Below, one piece after another: positions 26,961-39,065 of a stretch of 64,000 bases of DNA. A model generated the notes under the pieces. That model was not told the DNA's origin. It searched no databases and saw nothing but the letters and a program-made list of their open reading frames with translations. This stretch comes from Sedimentisphaerales bacterium (GTDB lineage: Bacteria > Planctomycetota > Phycisphaerae > Sedimentisphaerales > SM23-30). The position numbers and the translations under genes were made by a program. Each line of letters opens with the position of its first letter. The first letter of the stretch is position 1. The stretch lies in NCBI GenBank assembly GCA_963666285.1, contig OY762711.1, one strand, 5' to 3'.

Positions 26961-29375
26961 CTAAAACTGTGGTTCACCAATAAATTCACCGGCTACGGCC
27001 TTATCCATATTCTCTACCAGCTCATCTACACTTAGCGGCTTACTCGCAAAAGCATCCATCCCGGCCTGCTCGCACTCTTTGCGGTCTGCCTCCAGGGTAC
27101 TAGCCGTCAACGCTATGATTGGGATATGACGTAAACCATTTTCAAACTCTAGCTTACGTATCCTGCTGGTTGTCTCCAAACCGCTTAGCTCGGGCATATG
27201 AACATCCATAAGAATCAAATCATAATAATCATGGCCCTCTGCGTCTAGCTTCTCTAATACTCCATGACCGTTACTCACTACATCGACTGTATGTTTCAGA
27301 TGTGTTAAGATACCGACTGCAACTTCTTGATTAAATAAATCATCCTCTGCAAGTAGTATTTTATACGAATCGAATGACTTCCGCTCCCGAACAAATTCTT
27401 CTGAATAATCATCCTTTATATCTAGCTGATCTGTCATCTCAAAACCGCATTCAAGAGTAAATACGCTCCCGTGTCCGTAATCACTTTTAGCTTTTATGGT
27501 CCCGCCCATCAATTCTGCCAGTTGCTTACTTATTGTCAACCCCAGACCGGTACCGCCAAACCTTCTTGTTGTTGAACCATCTCCCTGGGTAAACTTATCA
27601 AAGATATTTTTCAGCTTTTCTTCCGATATACCAACACCGGTATCTTCTACCTCAAACCGTACTCCTATGTCATTATCCTCGGTATGGAACTGATCAACGT
27701 TAAGTTTTACATACCCCTGCTCTGTAAACTTTATCGCATTACCTATCAGGTTTATTAATATCTGCCTTATCCTGTTATTGTCTCCGACCAGCCAGTGCTT
27801 GACACTGTTGTCATAATCCAGCTTGAATAAGATACCTTTCATCTTTGCCATTGGTTCAAACGTATACCTCATCTCACCCAGCAATGCTGACAGACGGAAC
27901 GGATGAATGTCTATCGATAATTTCCCGGCTTCGATCTTAGAAAAATCAAGTATATCGTTTATTATTGATAGTAAACCGCTGGCTGACTGACGGATTATTG
28001 ATGTATATTTCTTCTGCTGTTCGTCCAGGTCTGTTTGGCTTAATAATTCCGCCATGCCTACTACACCATTCATTGGCGTTCGTATCTCATGGCTCATGTT
28101 CGCTAAAAACTCGCTCTTGGCCAGATTGGCCCGCGTAGCTTCCTCACGGGCATCTACCATCTCGATTTCAGCCTTCTTTCGACATGCTATCATATCATTG
28201 AAATATTCTGACAAAATACCTATTTCATCATTTGATACAATATCAAGCTTTTGATCAAGATCACCTTCTCCTGCCTTCTTTGCCGCCTCCATTATTCTTT
28301 TCAGCTGTACCGCAAATCGCCTGGAAATAAACAACGAAACCGAAAATATCAATACCAGTATAACAAATGCCAGGGCAAGACTATTCCAGATACTGTCTGT
28401 TACCTCATCGTAAATCATTTCCTTGGCAACCACACCTGACAAATACCATGGTATATCTAATCCGCTAACTGACAATGTACTGCAATATTCGATATATTCT
28501 TCAGTCTCTAGATTATGGTTGTTTGTCTGTTCATCATGAATAGTATATTCAACTAATATGTTTTTCTCCCTTGCTGTATCCCCAACGCTTTCTATCCAGG
28601 GTTTGCCATCTATCGATAGTATTAGTTCGCCGCTGTTATAGAAAAAATCCTCTGTCATTTCCTGTAACTTTGCCTCTAATGTTGACAATTTTATCGAACA
28701 TCCAGCAACGCCTTTTACTTCTTCCCAGAGAATAATTGGGGTAAGCATCGACACCATATATTCTTCTGTATCTTCTGTCGTAAGAATATAAGGTGCTGTT
28801 ATTACCTGGCTTCCCGATAAAACTGAGGCTATAACATTATCCTGCTTCCCACCGTATAGCTTTTCGCCATCTGTACTTACTATTTCATTGTAACTGTTTC
28901 GGAAAATATACGGCAAAAACCTGCCTGTAGAACTGCTCCCTCTGCTATTAATAAACGCTGAATCACTGCCGTTAAATGTATCTTCAAGCCAAAAAGTAAA
29001 TACCGAATCTACTTCTTCGTTCTCACGCAACAAGTCTTTTAGCATTTCGATAACCTGGTCTCGGCTTGCCTGATTATTGGTATAGCTTTTTTTTAACTCT
29101 TCACAAGATAAGGCTATCAATCGGGATGTATTATGTGCCAATGATAGATCGGCACCAAAATGTTCGGCATAAGCAGATACTTCTACTTCAATTATTTCAC
29201 CGGCTTCTTCAAATTCATCTGCACGATATGCCAGGGTTGTCAGTACTATCAGCCCCCCCACAACCATGGCCATGGTTAATACTAAAAACAGGGATATTTT
29301 AAAACTTATAGATCTAAATCGAGCCATTAATGCCTTTACCTGTAATAATCGTTTTCCACCTGTTGGCATTACCAA
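26961..29375 (-). CDS. hybrid sensor histidine kinase (Cache-HAMP-HisKA-HATPase-REC)
   Basis: Two TMs, [53 protein letters not shown]; start codon uncertain. Confidence 0.93.
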   Translation of the reverse strand: MVMPTGGKRLLQVKALMARFRSISFKISLFLVLTMAMVVGGLIVLTTLAYRADEFEEAGEIIEVEVSAYAEHFGADLSLAHNTSRLIALSCEELKKSYTNNQASRDQVIEMLKDLLRENEEVDSVFTFWLEDTFNGSDSAFINSRGSSSTGRFLPYIFRNSYNEIVSTDGEKLYGGKQDNVIASVLSGSQVITAPYILTTEDTEEYMVSMLTPIILWEEVKGVAGCSIKLSTLEAKLQEMTEDFFYNSGELILSIDGKPWIESVGDTAREKNILVEYTIHDEQTNNHNLETEEYIEYCSTLSVSGLDIPWYLSGVVAKEMIYDEVTDSIWNSLALAFVILVLIFSVSLFISRRFAVQLKRIMEAAKKAGEGDLDQKLDIVSNDEIGILSEYFNDMIACRKKAEIEMVDAREEATRANLAKSEFLANMSHEIRTPMNGVVGMAELLSQTDLDEQQKKYTSIIRQSASGLLSIINDILDFSKIEAGKLSIDIHPFRLSALLGEMRYTFEPMAKMKGILFKLDYDNSVKHWLVGDNNRIRQILINLIGNAIKFTEQGYVKLNVDQFHTEDNDIGVRFEVEDTGVGISEEKLKNIFDKFTQGDGSTTRRFGGTGLGLTISKQLAELMGGTIKAKSDYGHGSVFTLECGFEMTDQLDIKDDYSEEFVRERKSFDSYKILLAEDDLFNQEVAVGILTHLKHTVDVVSNGHGVLEKLDAEGHDYYDLILMDVHMPELSGLETTSRIRKLEFENGLRHIPIIALTASTLEADRKECEQAGMDAFASKPLSVDELVENMDKAVAGEFIGEPQF

Positions 29376-29705
29376 ACCTGGACAATACCATGCTTACTGT
29401 AACATTATTGGCTTTTTTTGACCTTCATCTTAGTATTACAATACCTTTTCCGCGACTTATAATCATGGAATATGGATACTATTATTGTATTTTACATAAC
29501 AATCCACTAAGCAATAAGATATGGACATCAATTTCAAATAATAAATATCAGGTATGCTAATATTTTAATATCTGTTCTATTTTACAGTAATAATTATAGG
29601 ACCTGTTTTACCTTCTCAGAACTATCAATTAAAACACCTGATATTCGCAAAACCTGATTATTCTTTTATGACAACTCTGGATGACTGTTACATGAATTGT
29701 TTCTA

Positions 29706-29981
29706 TCATTCATCACAATCTCTCTTTTCTAACGAAATTATTATTGTTGTTTCTGACAATTCCGCTGTTTTCCCATCCTCTGGCCCGCAACTGCTGCAGC
29801 TGCTGCAATCACTCGAACATCGTGACATCGCTGCCCTTACCTTGTTCTCCAATTCAAGCTGCAATATTACCGGTGTTATTTCTTCAACTGTTCTGTCAAA
29901 CTGATCTGCCAGGTTTTTCAAAGACATCATCCTGCGCGGTGTAAGATAGCTCAGCAATTCTTCTTCGATTGTTTTTTCCAA
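29706..29981 (-). CDS. FeoC-like wHTH protein with Cys cluster
   Basis: MMSLKNLADQF...LELENKV followed by CSSDCSSCSSC. Confidence 0.65.
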   Translation of the reverse strand: MEKTIEEELLSYLTPRRMMSLKNLADQFDRTVEEITPVILQLELENKVRAAMSRCSSDCSSCSSCGPEDGKTAELSETTIIISLEKRDCDE

Positions 29982-29984
29982 AAC

Positions 29985-30338
29985 TCATGCTCCCTGCTTG
30001 CGATTCTCGACAAATCTTATATCAAGCTGCTCGTCATCTCTAGGTTCCATTTCATAGGTACCGCTGTCTATTATTTCAAGTTTGCGAGATGCTCCCAACT
30101 CAGTTATTGTTTTCAATATTTCTCCCCGCTTGTCAAACTCACATTCCTGGTTGAAATACAGATACACCTCTTCACCTTTCTCACCCATTCGTAATAAGAA
30201 AGCATTATGAGATATGAATATCAAATCCTCATAGGCATATGTTACTTCAAGCCCCATCTCTTCTATCATCGCTGAGATCAATCCCAGCGGTCTATATGGC
30301 ACAGTCATCAAATTCACCTTTCCTGTCAGTTTTGTCAC
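29985..30338 (-). CDS. hypothetical protein
   Basis: 117-aa ORF in an apparent operon with the FeoC-like gene. Confidence 0.6.
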   Translation of the reverse strand: MTKLTGKVNLMTVPYRPLGLISAMIEEMGLEVTYAYEDLIFISHNAFLLRMGEKGEEVYLYFNQECEFDKRGEILKTITELGASRKLEIIDSGTYEMEPRDDEQLDIRFVENRKQGA

Positions 30339-30391
30339 TGCACTGCCGCATCATCCAAAAACAATCTGTTTTAGTTAACTTTCGCACTTAA

Positions 30392-30844
30392 TCAGCACGC
30401 CTCTGCTCGCACCATCTCATATGTACTGCCCAGGCATATCCGCCTCGCAAAGTCACCGAACTCTATCAAGACTTCGGAAAATTCGCTATTTACGTCTTTA
30501 TCTGCCTGAGATATCACAAAATCACTAAACGAACATATCCTCTGATACAATTCCAGCTTGAGTATCCTGCTCTTCAAATCCGGGTCTATACTTATATGCT
30601 TCTCTATACAGTACACCAGGTCGGAAAAGGTATGATTATCTGCCAGATCCTTGAAGTAATCCAGGATACCCATACTATAACTTTCCAACGACATTGATAA
30701 CAGGTTATACACTACCACCGGTGAGAGTTTTGAGTCTTTACCGGATTTGCCCCTGCCTGCTCGTTCGTACTTCGCTCCTTCTTCCAGCCATTGACTCCAG
30801 GTTAACTCGCTCATTGTTTTGCCCTCATTTTCCATCGACCACAA
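30392..30844 (-). CDS. hypothetical protein (possibly HEPN-like helical fold)
   Basis: 150-aa ORF; pattern SLESYSMGIL...NHTFSDL only loosely HEPN-like. Confidence 0.5.
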   Translation of the reverse strand: MWSMENEGKTMSELTWSQWLEEGAKYERAGRGKSGKDSKLSPVVVYNLLSMSLESYSMGILDYFKDLADNHTFSDLVYCIEKHISIDPDLKSRILKLELYQRICSFSDFVISQADKDVNSEFSEVLIEFGDFARRICLGSTYEMVRAEAC

Positions 30845-31293
30845 TGCTGTGATCTTTATGACATACCCATAACAGTTGAAATTGCCCGTTCGAGCGTAAT
30901 ATAAGTGACTACATCATCACTTACCTTGCGAGCGATCAGACAAAATCATACACTATGTGTATATTTCAAGTCAGGAAACCTGTTTTCCTGATCATTTAAT
31001 TCAACTTTCTGAATCCTTACTATTGCCCTATATCCTTTGATAGAGATAGTAAACTAAGTGTCAATTTAGCGACATTATTCATTTAGCAATTACCATGCCA
31101 ATACTGAAAAACCTGTTTTTCACTGCTTTTAGCAGACAATTATGTATAAATTGCCAGTATTTTGTGAAAAATATTTCCCAAACTGAAATTTCTCACTATT
31201 TTTTGAAACTTCTGCCCGGCATTCCGACTATATCACTGGGTTTAGATCGCGTTAATATTTTCTGTTCCGATTCCATACATTTGAGGCATAATT

Positions 31294-31785
31294 ATGACTT
31301 ACAAACTTATTCGTTCAATTTTATTTTCAATGCTGATAAGCTTTACCATCTCCAGCGTAAGTTCTGTAAACCCGCCGCACAATCTATCAGCCTCCAACCA
31401 CAATCCATCCTCAATGGATGACAGGATTTTAGGTCTGGCTATTTCTGATAACAGTCAGGTTTCCTATGAACAGGCCTATGACAACGCCAAAGAAATGGGA
31501 TCAGATTTCACTGAGTTCTCCATACACTGGGACGACATAGAAAAAAGTCAGAATCAATACTCACTCGAATGGTTTGAAATTATCAACTTATTCTACCGTG
31601 ACAAAGATATCAAAATCGGTCTTTCAATCGGTGCTGTCGACATGGTTAGCGACCGCAGACCGCAATACCTCAAAAACATATCATTTGATAACCCATTAGT
31701 CACCCGGAAATATAACGAAATGACCATAATTGATATATCAACATCACTATCAAAAATGAAGGTGACCTCTGGAAATTGCTTTTGA
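31294..31785 (+). pseudogene. truncated secreted glycoside-hydrolase-like gene
   Basis: Signal peptide and KEMGSDFTEFSIHWDDIEK TIM-barrel-like start; reading frame ends inside a MITE family B fragment. Confidence 0.45.
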
Positions 31786-31797
31786 TGCGATAATTTA
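31761..31797. repeat. MITE family B, truncated end
   Basis: GGTGACCTCTGGAAATTGCTTTTGATGCGATAATTTA matches the start of 19107-19265. Confidence 0.75.
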
Positions 31798-32185
31798 TGA
31801 TAAAAATAACATTTCCCGGAGCTGGCTGCTCGTTTATAGGTATCTGGTTCCGAACTATCAGTTCTCTCTCTTTATAGCCGGGCTGCCAAACCCGGCTTAT
31901 TTTTACCGACATTAGATCGCTCCAATATACCAAATACGCCCAACTCACCTTCAACATCTAGCACGCCTCTAAAAAAATGGGATACATTTGAACACCGGCC
32001 GGTCAACGGCTATTTAGCGAAATATACCATATTTTTCTGCAGGTTGATAACCTTACCGCCGGGGATATACCAGAAACTCAGCCAGCCGAGCCGAAGATTA
32101 TAGACGCGGCGAGTCACCAGCAGCCCGCGGCGGAAGAAGCGTGGTTTTTTTTCGTATTGAATTGTGTCCAGTTCAAAGATTAACA

Positions 32186-32764
32186 TTAGATATTCTTATC
32201 CTCCTTCTCTGTTATGGGTGCCATGATAATAGATGCCTTCCGTTCGGTCGGATAATAATACAGGATAAATCTCTCGTTTCGACCGTTGACCACGCAAAAG
32301 GTAAAAGGTTTATCTTTTGCCCGGGCCAGGGCCGCTGCGTCAATAGTGTTATGGCAAACCGTTTCGGCAACTCTTAATATGTCAACTTCCTTACCTATTA
32401 TAGTGAACTCAAACGCATTATCGGTTTTGTCCATCTTGACAGTTGCCGTACCGGGCCCTTTCAGCCAGGTGATATCTTCTTTACTGCCCGGTGCCGGTTC
32501 AAAACCCAATTTATATAGTTCCTCTCTGGCTTTTTCTGTTGTTACATGCACTAAGGCGATAAACTCATTTACCGACCAGCTGCCTCTAAATGTCGTATTA
32601 TTCGATAGCGTTTTTGAGTTGCTGCAGGCGATATCTGAGATATATTTGACTTTCTGCTGTAAATCGCGGATATCCCTGTTCTGCAGGTATAGAAGCGAGC
32701 CCATAACCGTAAAAACCAAAATAATGATGACAGTCGATATTTTATTCATATGTTTCCCTTTCAT
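32186..32764 (-). CDS. hypothetical membrane-anchored protein
   Basis: N-terminal TM helix then short coiled coil; AAGGG RBS before the second Met. Confidence 0.65.
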   Translation of the reverse strand: MKGKHMNKISTVIIILVFTVMGSLLYLQNRDIRDLQQKVKYISDIACSNSKTLSNNTTFRGSWSVNEFIALVHVTTEKAREELYKLGFEPAPGSKEDITWLKGPGTATVKMDKTDNAFEFTIIGKEVDILRVAETVCHNTIDAAALARAKDKPFTFCVVNGRNERFILYYYPTERKASIIMAPITEKEDKNI

Positions 32765-32944
32765 ACTAAATGTATATACCGCAAAGAGTTAATCTTGATA
32801 TTCCATAAACACAAGCATGCCTCTGTTAATTATTCAAAGTGACCAATTTTACACTTTTTATTGCTGTAACACAATTTAATGCAAATTGTTATATTAATGA
32901 TTTAATTAGCTTGCCGATTTGCCATACTTATTACTTATATCTTA

Positions 32945-34371
32945 GTAAACTTTCGCACTTTTTGAGGGTTAAAATTTGAAAATATAAACAAAAAAATATC
33001 GGCGATCCGATGTCTTTAATGATTGATAACAATAGGACACGGAGGCCGATATGTACTATCAATATTATTCGACATGGACGCAATTTATTCAACAATTTTT
33101 TCCAATTTTTACAGAGCCGGGGGCACAAATCTTCTGCCGGGTGGTAATTGGTTGGATATTGTGCACTACTCGCCGCACGATAACAGGCATAATACCCTAC
33201 GCAGACCCGCTGGGCGAACGAGCTCACGATGCATATCATCGTTTCTTTCCAGATTGCCGCTGGTCTCTGAGCCGGATGTGGAAGATGCTCACCCTGATTA
33301 TGGTTCAAAGATTCTGTCCCAAAGGAACAATCACTCTGTCCATGGACGACACCCTGTTTCATCGAAGCGGTCCAAAAGTCCATGGAGCCGGATTCTGGAG
33401 AGATGCCGTTCGTTCTACCAAGAAAAGAATAGTATATGCCTGGGGTTTGAATTTGGTAGTAACGTGTCTGCAAATTCAACCATCTTGGGGTGGCGAACCT
33501 CTGGCACTGCCGGTCAATATGCGGTTGCATCGCAAAGGAGAAGAATCCTTGATTGAACTGGCGGTACAAATCATTAATGAAATATGCCAATGGCTTCCAA
33601 ACAGGCGTATAAGGCTTGTAGCAGACGGGTTTTATGCTACTCTGGCTGGAAAGAATCTTGAGAATGTTACCATTATCTCTCGAATCAGGCGTAATGCCGA
33701 TCTGTTTGAGCTGCCGCCTAAAGTTAAAGAGAAAACCCGTGGCAGACCTCGCTGTAGAGGGCAAAAACTGGCTAAGTTGGAAAAAATGGCTGCCCATATC
33801 AGAAATTGGAGAACAGTTGAGTTTAGTCAGAGAGGTACGATTATTGAAAGGCTGGTTTATACTCGTATTGCTCTCTGGTATAAGGTAACTCGCAAACCAA
33901 TCCTTGTTGTTATATGTAGAGACCCTGAAGGTAAGGAAAAAGATGACTTTTTCTTTACGACAGATATTACTATGGCGCCTGAGGAAGTTTTGACCTGTTA
34001 TGCCGATCGCTGGGCTATTGAAGATACGTTCAAGAACACTAAACAGCTGCTCGGTGTTCAACAGCTGCAGACATATAAGGGCAAAGGACCAGAAAGAGCC
34101 GCTGGTCTTGGACTCTGGCTGTACTCGATGGTCTGGTTGAGGTATCTGACCAAGAAACCCAATGAACAATACTTCTTTGTTCAGCCATGGTATCAACACA
34201 AAGAGACTCCGAGCTTCGCCGATGCTATCGCTGACCTCCGAAGGGAACTTTGGAGTGAAAGAATTAAATATATGTTCGGTAATTCGGCCGTTCATGATAA
34301 AAAATATACGTTTCTGCTGGATGCTCTGGCTCCAGCGGCTTAAATACACTATAAAAAATGCGAAAGTTTAC
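32945..34371 (+). mobile_element. insertion sequence, IS701/IS4-like DDE type, apparently intact
   Basis: Terminal IR GTAAACTTTCGCA(C/T)TTTTT at both ends; 5-bp direct repeat TCTTA (32940-32944 and 34372-34376). Confidence 0.9.
33051..34343 (+). CDS. DDE transposase (IS701-like)
   Basis: MDDTLFHRSG, VADGFY, YADRWAIEDTFK (YREK-type motif); GGAGG RBS. Confidence 0.92.
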   Translation: MYYQYYSTWTQFIQQFFPIFTEPGAQIFCRVVIGWILCTTRRTITGIIPYADPLGERAHDAYHRFFPDCRWSLSRMWKMLTLIMVQRFCPKGTITLSMDDTLFHRSGPKVHGAGFWRDAVRSTKKRIVYAWGLNLVVTCLQIQPSWGGEPLALPVNMRLHRKGEESLIELAVQIINEICQWLPNRRIRLVADGFYATLAGKNLENVTIISRIRRNADLFELPPKVKEKTRGRPRCRGQKLAKLEKMAAHIRNWRTVEFSQRGTIIERLVYTRIALWYKVTRKPILVVICRDPEGKEKDDFFFTTDITMAPEEVLTCYADRWAIEDTFKNTKQLLGVQQLQTYKGKGPERAAGLGLWLYSMVWLRYLTKKPNEQYFFVQPWYQHKETPSFADAIADLRRELWSERIKYMFGNSAVHDKKYTFLLDALAPAA

Positions 34372-34964
34372 TCTTATTACTTGTTACTTATTATTCGCCT
34401 GTCCACACGTAGCGGAGCTGAAAGCTATTATATCGCTCGAACACCTTCCAGTCGGCAGCTCCGAAGTGTATATGATTGGACGAGCCGCGGCACGAAAGAC
34501 CGCGTGAATGCAGAGATGTACCCTTAACAATTGATAATGCCGGATCGAGCGTGGTAAAAATAAATGCAAATTCATTTCAGCTTACATGCGATCAGACATA
34601 ATCATACACGAGGTGTATATAGACCCTGACGACCTCAATTGATCAATGTCTCCGCGCCTATACTGCGCCCATACCGCACGCTCTCTTTGACAAGTAAATA
34701 GAATTATGCAGGCGTATAGTAATGAGTTCTGAGGATGGCACCTATAGAGTTTGATTTTGTACGATCACTTGGAAGGCTAGTAATGATAATAATTATTCAT
34801 GCCAGGCTCGTACGGACATTTTCAACAGTTATGGATATAGCATGTATATCCATTTCGATGATAAAAAAAGCCGGCACGATCTTATCCTTATGGTGTTATG
34901 GTCGGGATTAAGAAGGGAAAGATTTCAGGACAAAACCGCACCAGCCAAAATTGAGTGTCTTACA

Positions 34965-37900
34965 TTATTCGCTTCCATTCCTGATAAGTTTTGCATCGAT
35001 CCAGTCACCATGGTCAAATTCATTACCATCATCCAGATCCATCAATACCAGGCGTAGCTCTTTAACGCCCTTGATCTTAAGCTCAATCAGCTGTTTGATA
35101 TTTTCACCAGACATCTCCGGGCTTTCGAACACAAGCTTACCGTCGGCAAACACACGGAACATTACGCTGCCTTTATCGCCAACTTCATCATCCATCCCCA
35201 CATGCCCTGCCAGCCGGTCAAAACTGCCATCTATCGTATAGGTAATCTCAGAATTGGCCTTCACGCCAATACCCTTTTGATATTGATGATCATTTACACT
35301 GATAGCGTGGCCACCGATACTCTTATCATATTTATATTCTCCCTTAACAGAAGCAGGCTCAATATCACTCAGGTAAACAGCCTCCTCAGGCAGCGATGGA
35401 GCATTAACATCCTGGAGAACATTAAATTCAGCGGCAGAAGCAAAACTATTTCCGTTAGTTTCACTGAGTATCTTAATCCTCACATACTCGCCCCACACAG
35501 CAGTGAAATTAACAGTCTGCATCTCTTTGATCTTTTCAAAGCTGCCTTTATAAACCGGTTCGCCAAAATTATCCTTCGTACGGCTGACATATATCTCAAA
35601 GTCTTTGATTGTACCGTTACCCAAATTCTCGCGAGCCATATACTGGAAGCCATTGACTGCATATAAACCATTCAGCCCGATATCAACAATAAACGGATGC
35701 TCGGTTACATCTTTACCGGGCTTTTTGCTGTAATTAGAATGCCATATAGTTTCCAGTGTGCCATCAAACGCATTATTTATGCTTCTATTTTGTTGTGAAT
35801 TAGTTGTTACTGTAAATTCTGACCGGTCGAGCTCATCGGTAACCTCCGGAACGGGGTAATCGTCAGAGGCGGGAATCAGCAGACTCTCATCAATATCCAG
35901 ATGCAGCTTAACAACAGTATCAGTTGAAACCCGGTTAAGTTTGACATGAACAATCCCCCGCCTGTCAGCAGCGTCATAGTACCATCCTGAGACAGCGTTA
36001 GGGTATGCCTGGGGCTCAGTAAGCTCTAACAGAGTCTTATTATCCATTGTAATTGACAGCGGCTTAAGCTCAGAATGAATCTCGAACTCATATACCCTGC
36101 TGGTCAGCTTTCCATCAAAATCACCGATACTCCTGCCAACTACAATATCAATATCGCCAGCCTTGCCTTCAGGTGCATTTACAGTAATAAGCTGCCTGGC
36201 AAACTGCCCCTGCTGATATTTACGAGTCAGGCCATCATCTTCATACATCTCAAACTCAGATTTGCCATACGGGTAAATATCAAATGTCAGAGGATCTTTA
36301 GGTTTCTGGTTATTATAAAGCATCTCCGGGTACATTGGAATGATAGCTCCCGCTTTTACTATCAAAGGCAGTTTTTCGAGCGTGACAGGATAAGCGTCGA
36401 TAGTCCTGGGGCCTTCGACCACCCTGCCATCCCAGTAATCAACCCAGCGACCTTCCGGCAAATAAATATCTTCCTTTCGCCAGCCTTTGTTTATATTCAT
36501 ACTCGTATAAACCGGAGCTACGAGTATCCATTCACCCAGCATATACTGATACTGTGTTGATCTATCCCAGGTTTTCTTATCCTGAGGATAATCCCATATC
36601 ATGCCGCGTACAACCGGAGAACCGGTATCATATGCCTCTCTTGTGTATTTATACATATAAGGCATAAGCCGCATTTTCATTTTGAGGTATTTTCTATTAA
36701 TTGAACGATAAGGCTCATCATAAGACCACGGACTCTTACTGATATGGCTCCATCCGTTCATCGCATATAAGACAGGCGTAAAACACTTCCACTGCAAATC
36801 ACGAGTATATGTTTCACTGCTGCCGCCGAAAATACCATCAACATCAGTTGTTGCATACGCCTGACCAGACATACCGGACCCGATAAGAGTTGGGATATGA
36901 TACCTAATCAAGTCCCATGAACCATATTGGTCTCCCGTCCAGCAGACGGAATATCGTTGCGTGCCGGCCCACCCCTGAACAGTCCAGACAAAACCTCGAC
37001 TGTCAGAATTAGACACCAGCGATTCCCAGGCCTGCTTATTGGCATCCAGCGAAAACTGATATGCCGGCCCGGTCCAGGCAACATCCAGCTTCTGCAGCCT
37101 TGTACCTGCGGTACCGACCTCCCATTTAGTCTTTTCCAGGCCCTTTTCAGTCCAAAGCCCGGTATGAAACCCAAGATCGGCTAAAGAACTGACCACTCGC
37201 GGCAGCTCAACATACCCGCAGCCATAACCGTCGTTTACCAACAGCCAGCCGCCGGGCATATCATATTTACGATATTGCTCCGCAACCCGGTCAATACAAT
37301 CCGGTGTTATCTCGACAAAATTACCATTTTCATCTTTTAACGGCTCCTTGGTCTTTTTGTCACGAGTCATATAGGCGTCAGCCTCACCAAGCTCAAGTGC
37401 CCAGATAGGCACAAAGTTAGGCCTGCCGGTAAACTGGGTGTAAAGATCAATTATCCGGTTGAATGTATCGCCAACAAAATAATAAGCATCAAATCGTTTT
37501 TCCTTATGCTCCAATTTGATTGACATATTGCTAGTAAAGTCATACACACCCGGTGAAAAAGTGTTTCGCAACACACCATAACCCTTATTGCTCATATAAA
37601 ACGGTGCAGGATTAGGATGGCCACCTTCATTCCAGTTTCCATCAGCCCTTATATCTATCCTGGTACCTTTATGAGAAAAATACCCGTTTTGCTGGCCACC
37701 GCCATAATAATATTCATCCAGCCCCGTACTCAAGGTTTGAGCGGTGCTATCACCAAATGTAATCGGCTCAAGTTCCTTAAAAATAAGATTTTTATCGCAA
37801 TCGAAAAGTTCAAAGCTGCAATCGCCCTTTTCCATACGCAAAATCAGCTTGTCTGTGACAAATTCAATATACTTATCTCCATCAGTAATTTTTATATTTT

Positions 37901-38243
37901 TAATGGTATCAATATCATTTATCACAATAGATGCTTTATCAGGATTATTTAACGGATCCCTGGTGTTTCCACCCGGTGCGGCCAGAATACGGAACACGTC
38001 AGGCCTGTAGAATATTACCTGGATCACAATATCATTATCAGTGAATATATCGTATCTGCCAGAAGTGACATTCTGAACAAATTTAATTACATTTCCACAT
38101 TGTAATGTTTGCGTTTTGGGATCATTTCCATCTGCGGCACAAACCGGCAAAATAAAAACACCAAAGCAACACAAAAATGCTATAGATAACCTATGGAAAA
38201 CCATTCTGAGAGAATATTTATTTTTTTGCTGAGTACTTGTCAC
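34965..38243 (-). CDS. GH31 glycoside hydrolase (Nag31-like alpha-N-acetylgalactosaminidase) with F5/8-type C (CBM32) and NPCBM domains
   Basis: GWLLVNDGYGCGY, KLDVAW, WTGDQ, YEDDG; NAFDG...WHS; YLSDI...KGIGVKANSEI. Confidence 0.85.
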   Translation of the reverse strand: MTSTQQKNKYSLRMVFHRLSIAFLCCFGVFILPVCAADGNDPKTQTLQCGNVIKFVQNVTSGRYDIFTDNDIVIQVIFYRPDVFRILAAPGGNTRDPLNNPDKASIVINDIDTIKNIKITDGDKYIEFVTDKLILRMEKGDCSFELFDCDKNLIFKELEPITFGDSTAQTLSTGLDEYYYGGGQQNGYFSHKGTRIDIRADGNWNEGGHPNPAPFYMSNKGYGVLRNTFSPGVYDFTSNMSIKLEHKEKRFDAYYFVGDTFNRIIDLYTQFTGRPNFVPIWALELGEADAYMTRDKKTKEPLKDENGNFVEITPDCIDRVAEQYRKYDMPGGWLLVNDGYGCGYVELPRVVSSLADLGFHTGLWTEKGLEKTKWEVGTAGTRLQKLDVAWTGPAYQFSLDANKQAWESLVSNSDSRGFVWTVQGWAGTQRYSVCWTGDQYGSWDLIRYHIPTLIGSGMSGQAYATTDVDGIFGGSSETYTRDLQWKCFTPVLYAMNGWSHISKSPWSYDEPYRSINRKYLKMKMRLMPYMYKYTREAYDTGSPVVRGMIWDYPQDKKTWDRSTQYQYMLGEWILVAPVYTSMNINKGWRKEDIYLPEGRWVDYWDGRVVEGPRTIDAYPVTLEKLPLIVKAGAIIPMYPEMLYNNQKPKDPLTFDIYPYGKSEFEMYEDDGLTRKYQQGQFARQLITVNAPEGKAGDIDIVVGRSIGDFDGKLTSRVYEFEIHSELKPLSITMDNKTLLELTEPQAYPNAVSGWYYDAADRRGIVHVKLNRVSTDTVVKLHLDIDESLLIPASDDYPVPEVTDELDRSEFTVTTNSQQNRSINNAFDGTLETIWHSNYSKKPGKDVTEHPFIVDIGLNGLYAVNGFQYMARENLGNGTIKDFEIYVSRTKDNFGEPVYKGSFEKIKEMQTVNFTAVWGEYVRIKILSETNGNSFASAAEFNVLQDVNAPSLPEEAVYLSDIEPASVKGEYKYDKSIGGHAISVNDHQYQKGIGVKANSEITYTIDGSFDRLAGHVGMDDEVGDKGSVMFRVFADGKLVFESPEMSGENIKQLIELKIKGVKELRLVLMDLDDGNEFDHGDWIDAKLIRNGSE

Positions 38244-38764
38244 GGCCTCTCCATTCTTAAAAAATGTTCATATGCAACATTACAGGCTTAACTAGCTTGA
38301 TAATAGCAGTAACGATATCACAATTAACAATTCCATTCAATAGACAGTTGTAATGCCATAATGGATATTTGTAAGTGGTTATGCTGCACCGGTATAAGAG
38401 CAAATTGGCCCCAACTGCCCAACAAAAACGAGTGCCCGACTTAAGTAATTACTGCATATACACTTAGGTATGCAACCAGCGTCTATAAACCACGCACTAT
38501 GGTCCTATAACAAATGAGTGTTTGTAAAACTCAGGATTTCATAAAAAACAGCCAAAATATAAGACTGTTTACAATCATCCATTATCTAGTTACTCATATC
38601 TATTGCCGAAAACTCGAAAATGAATTAATCTTTTATATATAAGAATTTAACCAATTTGCAATGTGTGCTAATCAATAAATATTAACACAAAGCATGATTT
38701 CTCAACCTTTAGAAGATTATAGATATATCAATGCCAGATGATAACTACTTTAAAGATATTAAGC

Positions 38765-38999
38765 GTGCGGTATCGCCCTTTTGACAATTAATATTACACG
38801 CAAAGGTCAGAACAGGGCCAATGAAGTGAAAAATGAATAATTAAGTGAAAAATTAAGGTGTCCCGATGTACGTTGACATCAGGAATAATTCACTATCGTC
38901 TCACACTTTATTTAAAACATAAGAGATGCAGGAAGGTCATTTTATGCGATTTACCAAAAGGCACTTCGTTACTGCAACTTAAAAATTACGAAAGTTAAC
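38765..38999. mobile_element. MITE family A, diverged 235-bp copy
   Basis: Ends GTGCGGTATCGCCCTTTTGAC and TACGAAAGTTAAC; flanks TAAGC/TGAGC; shares ATTACACGCAAAGG and GCAGGAAGG blocks with the other copies. Confidence 0.7.
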
Positions 39000-39065
39000 T
39001 GAGCTAAAAATTATTAAATAGCCAGAAAGAACAAGAACATTATAAATTAGGTGGAAGCAATATAA

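Noticed and set aside
31960..32150. GC-rich stretch ending in a T tract, possible ncRNA
   Set aside because: No convincing family signature; may be gene debris
32931..34349. 472-aa minus-strand ORF
   Set aside because: Antisense to the transposase, no recognisable motifs
34400..34960. Possible gene or transposase remnant
   Set aside because: No frame gave a motif I could support
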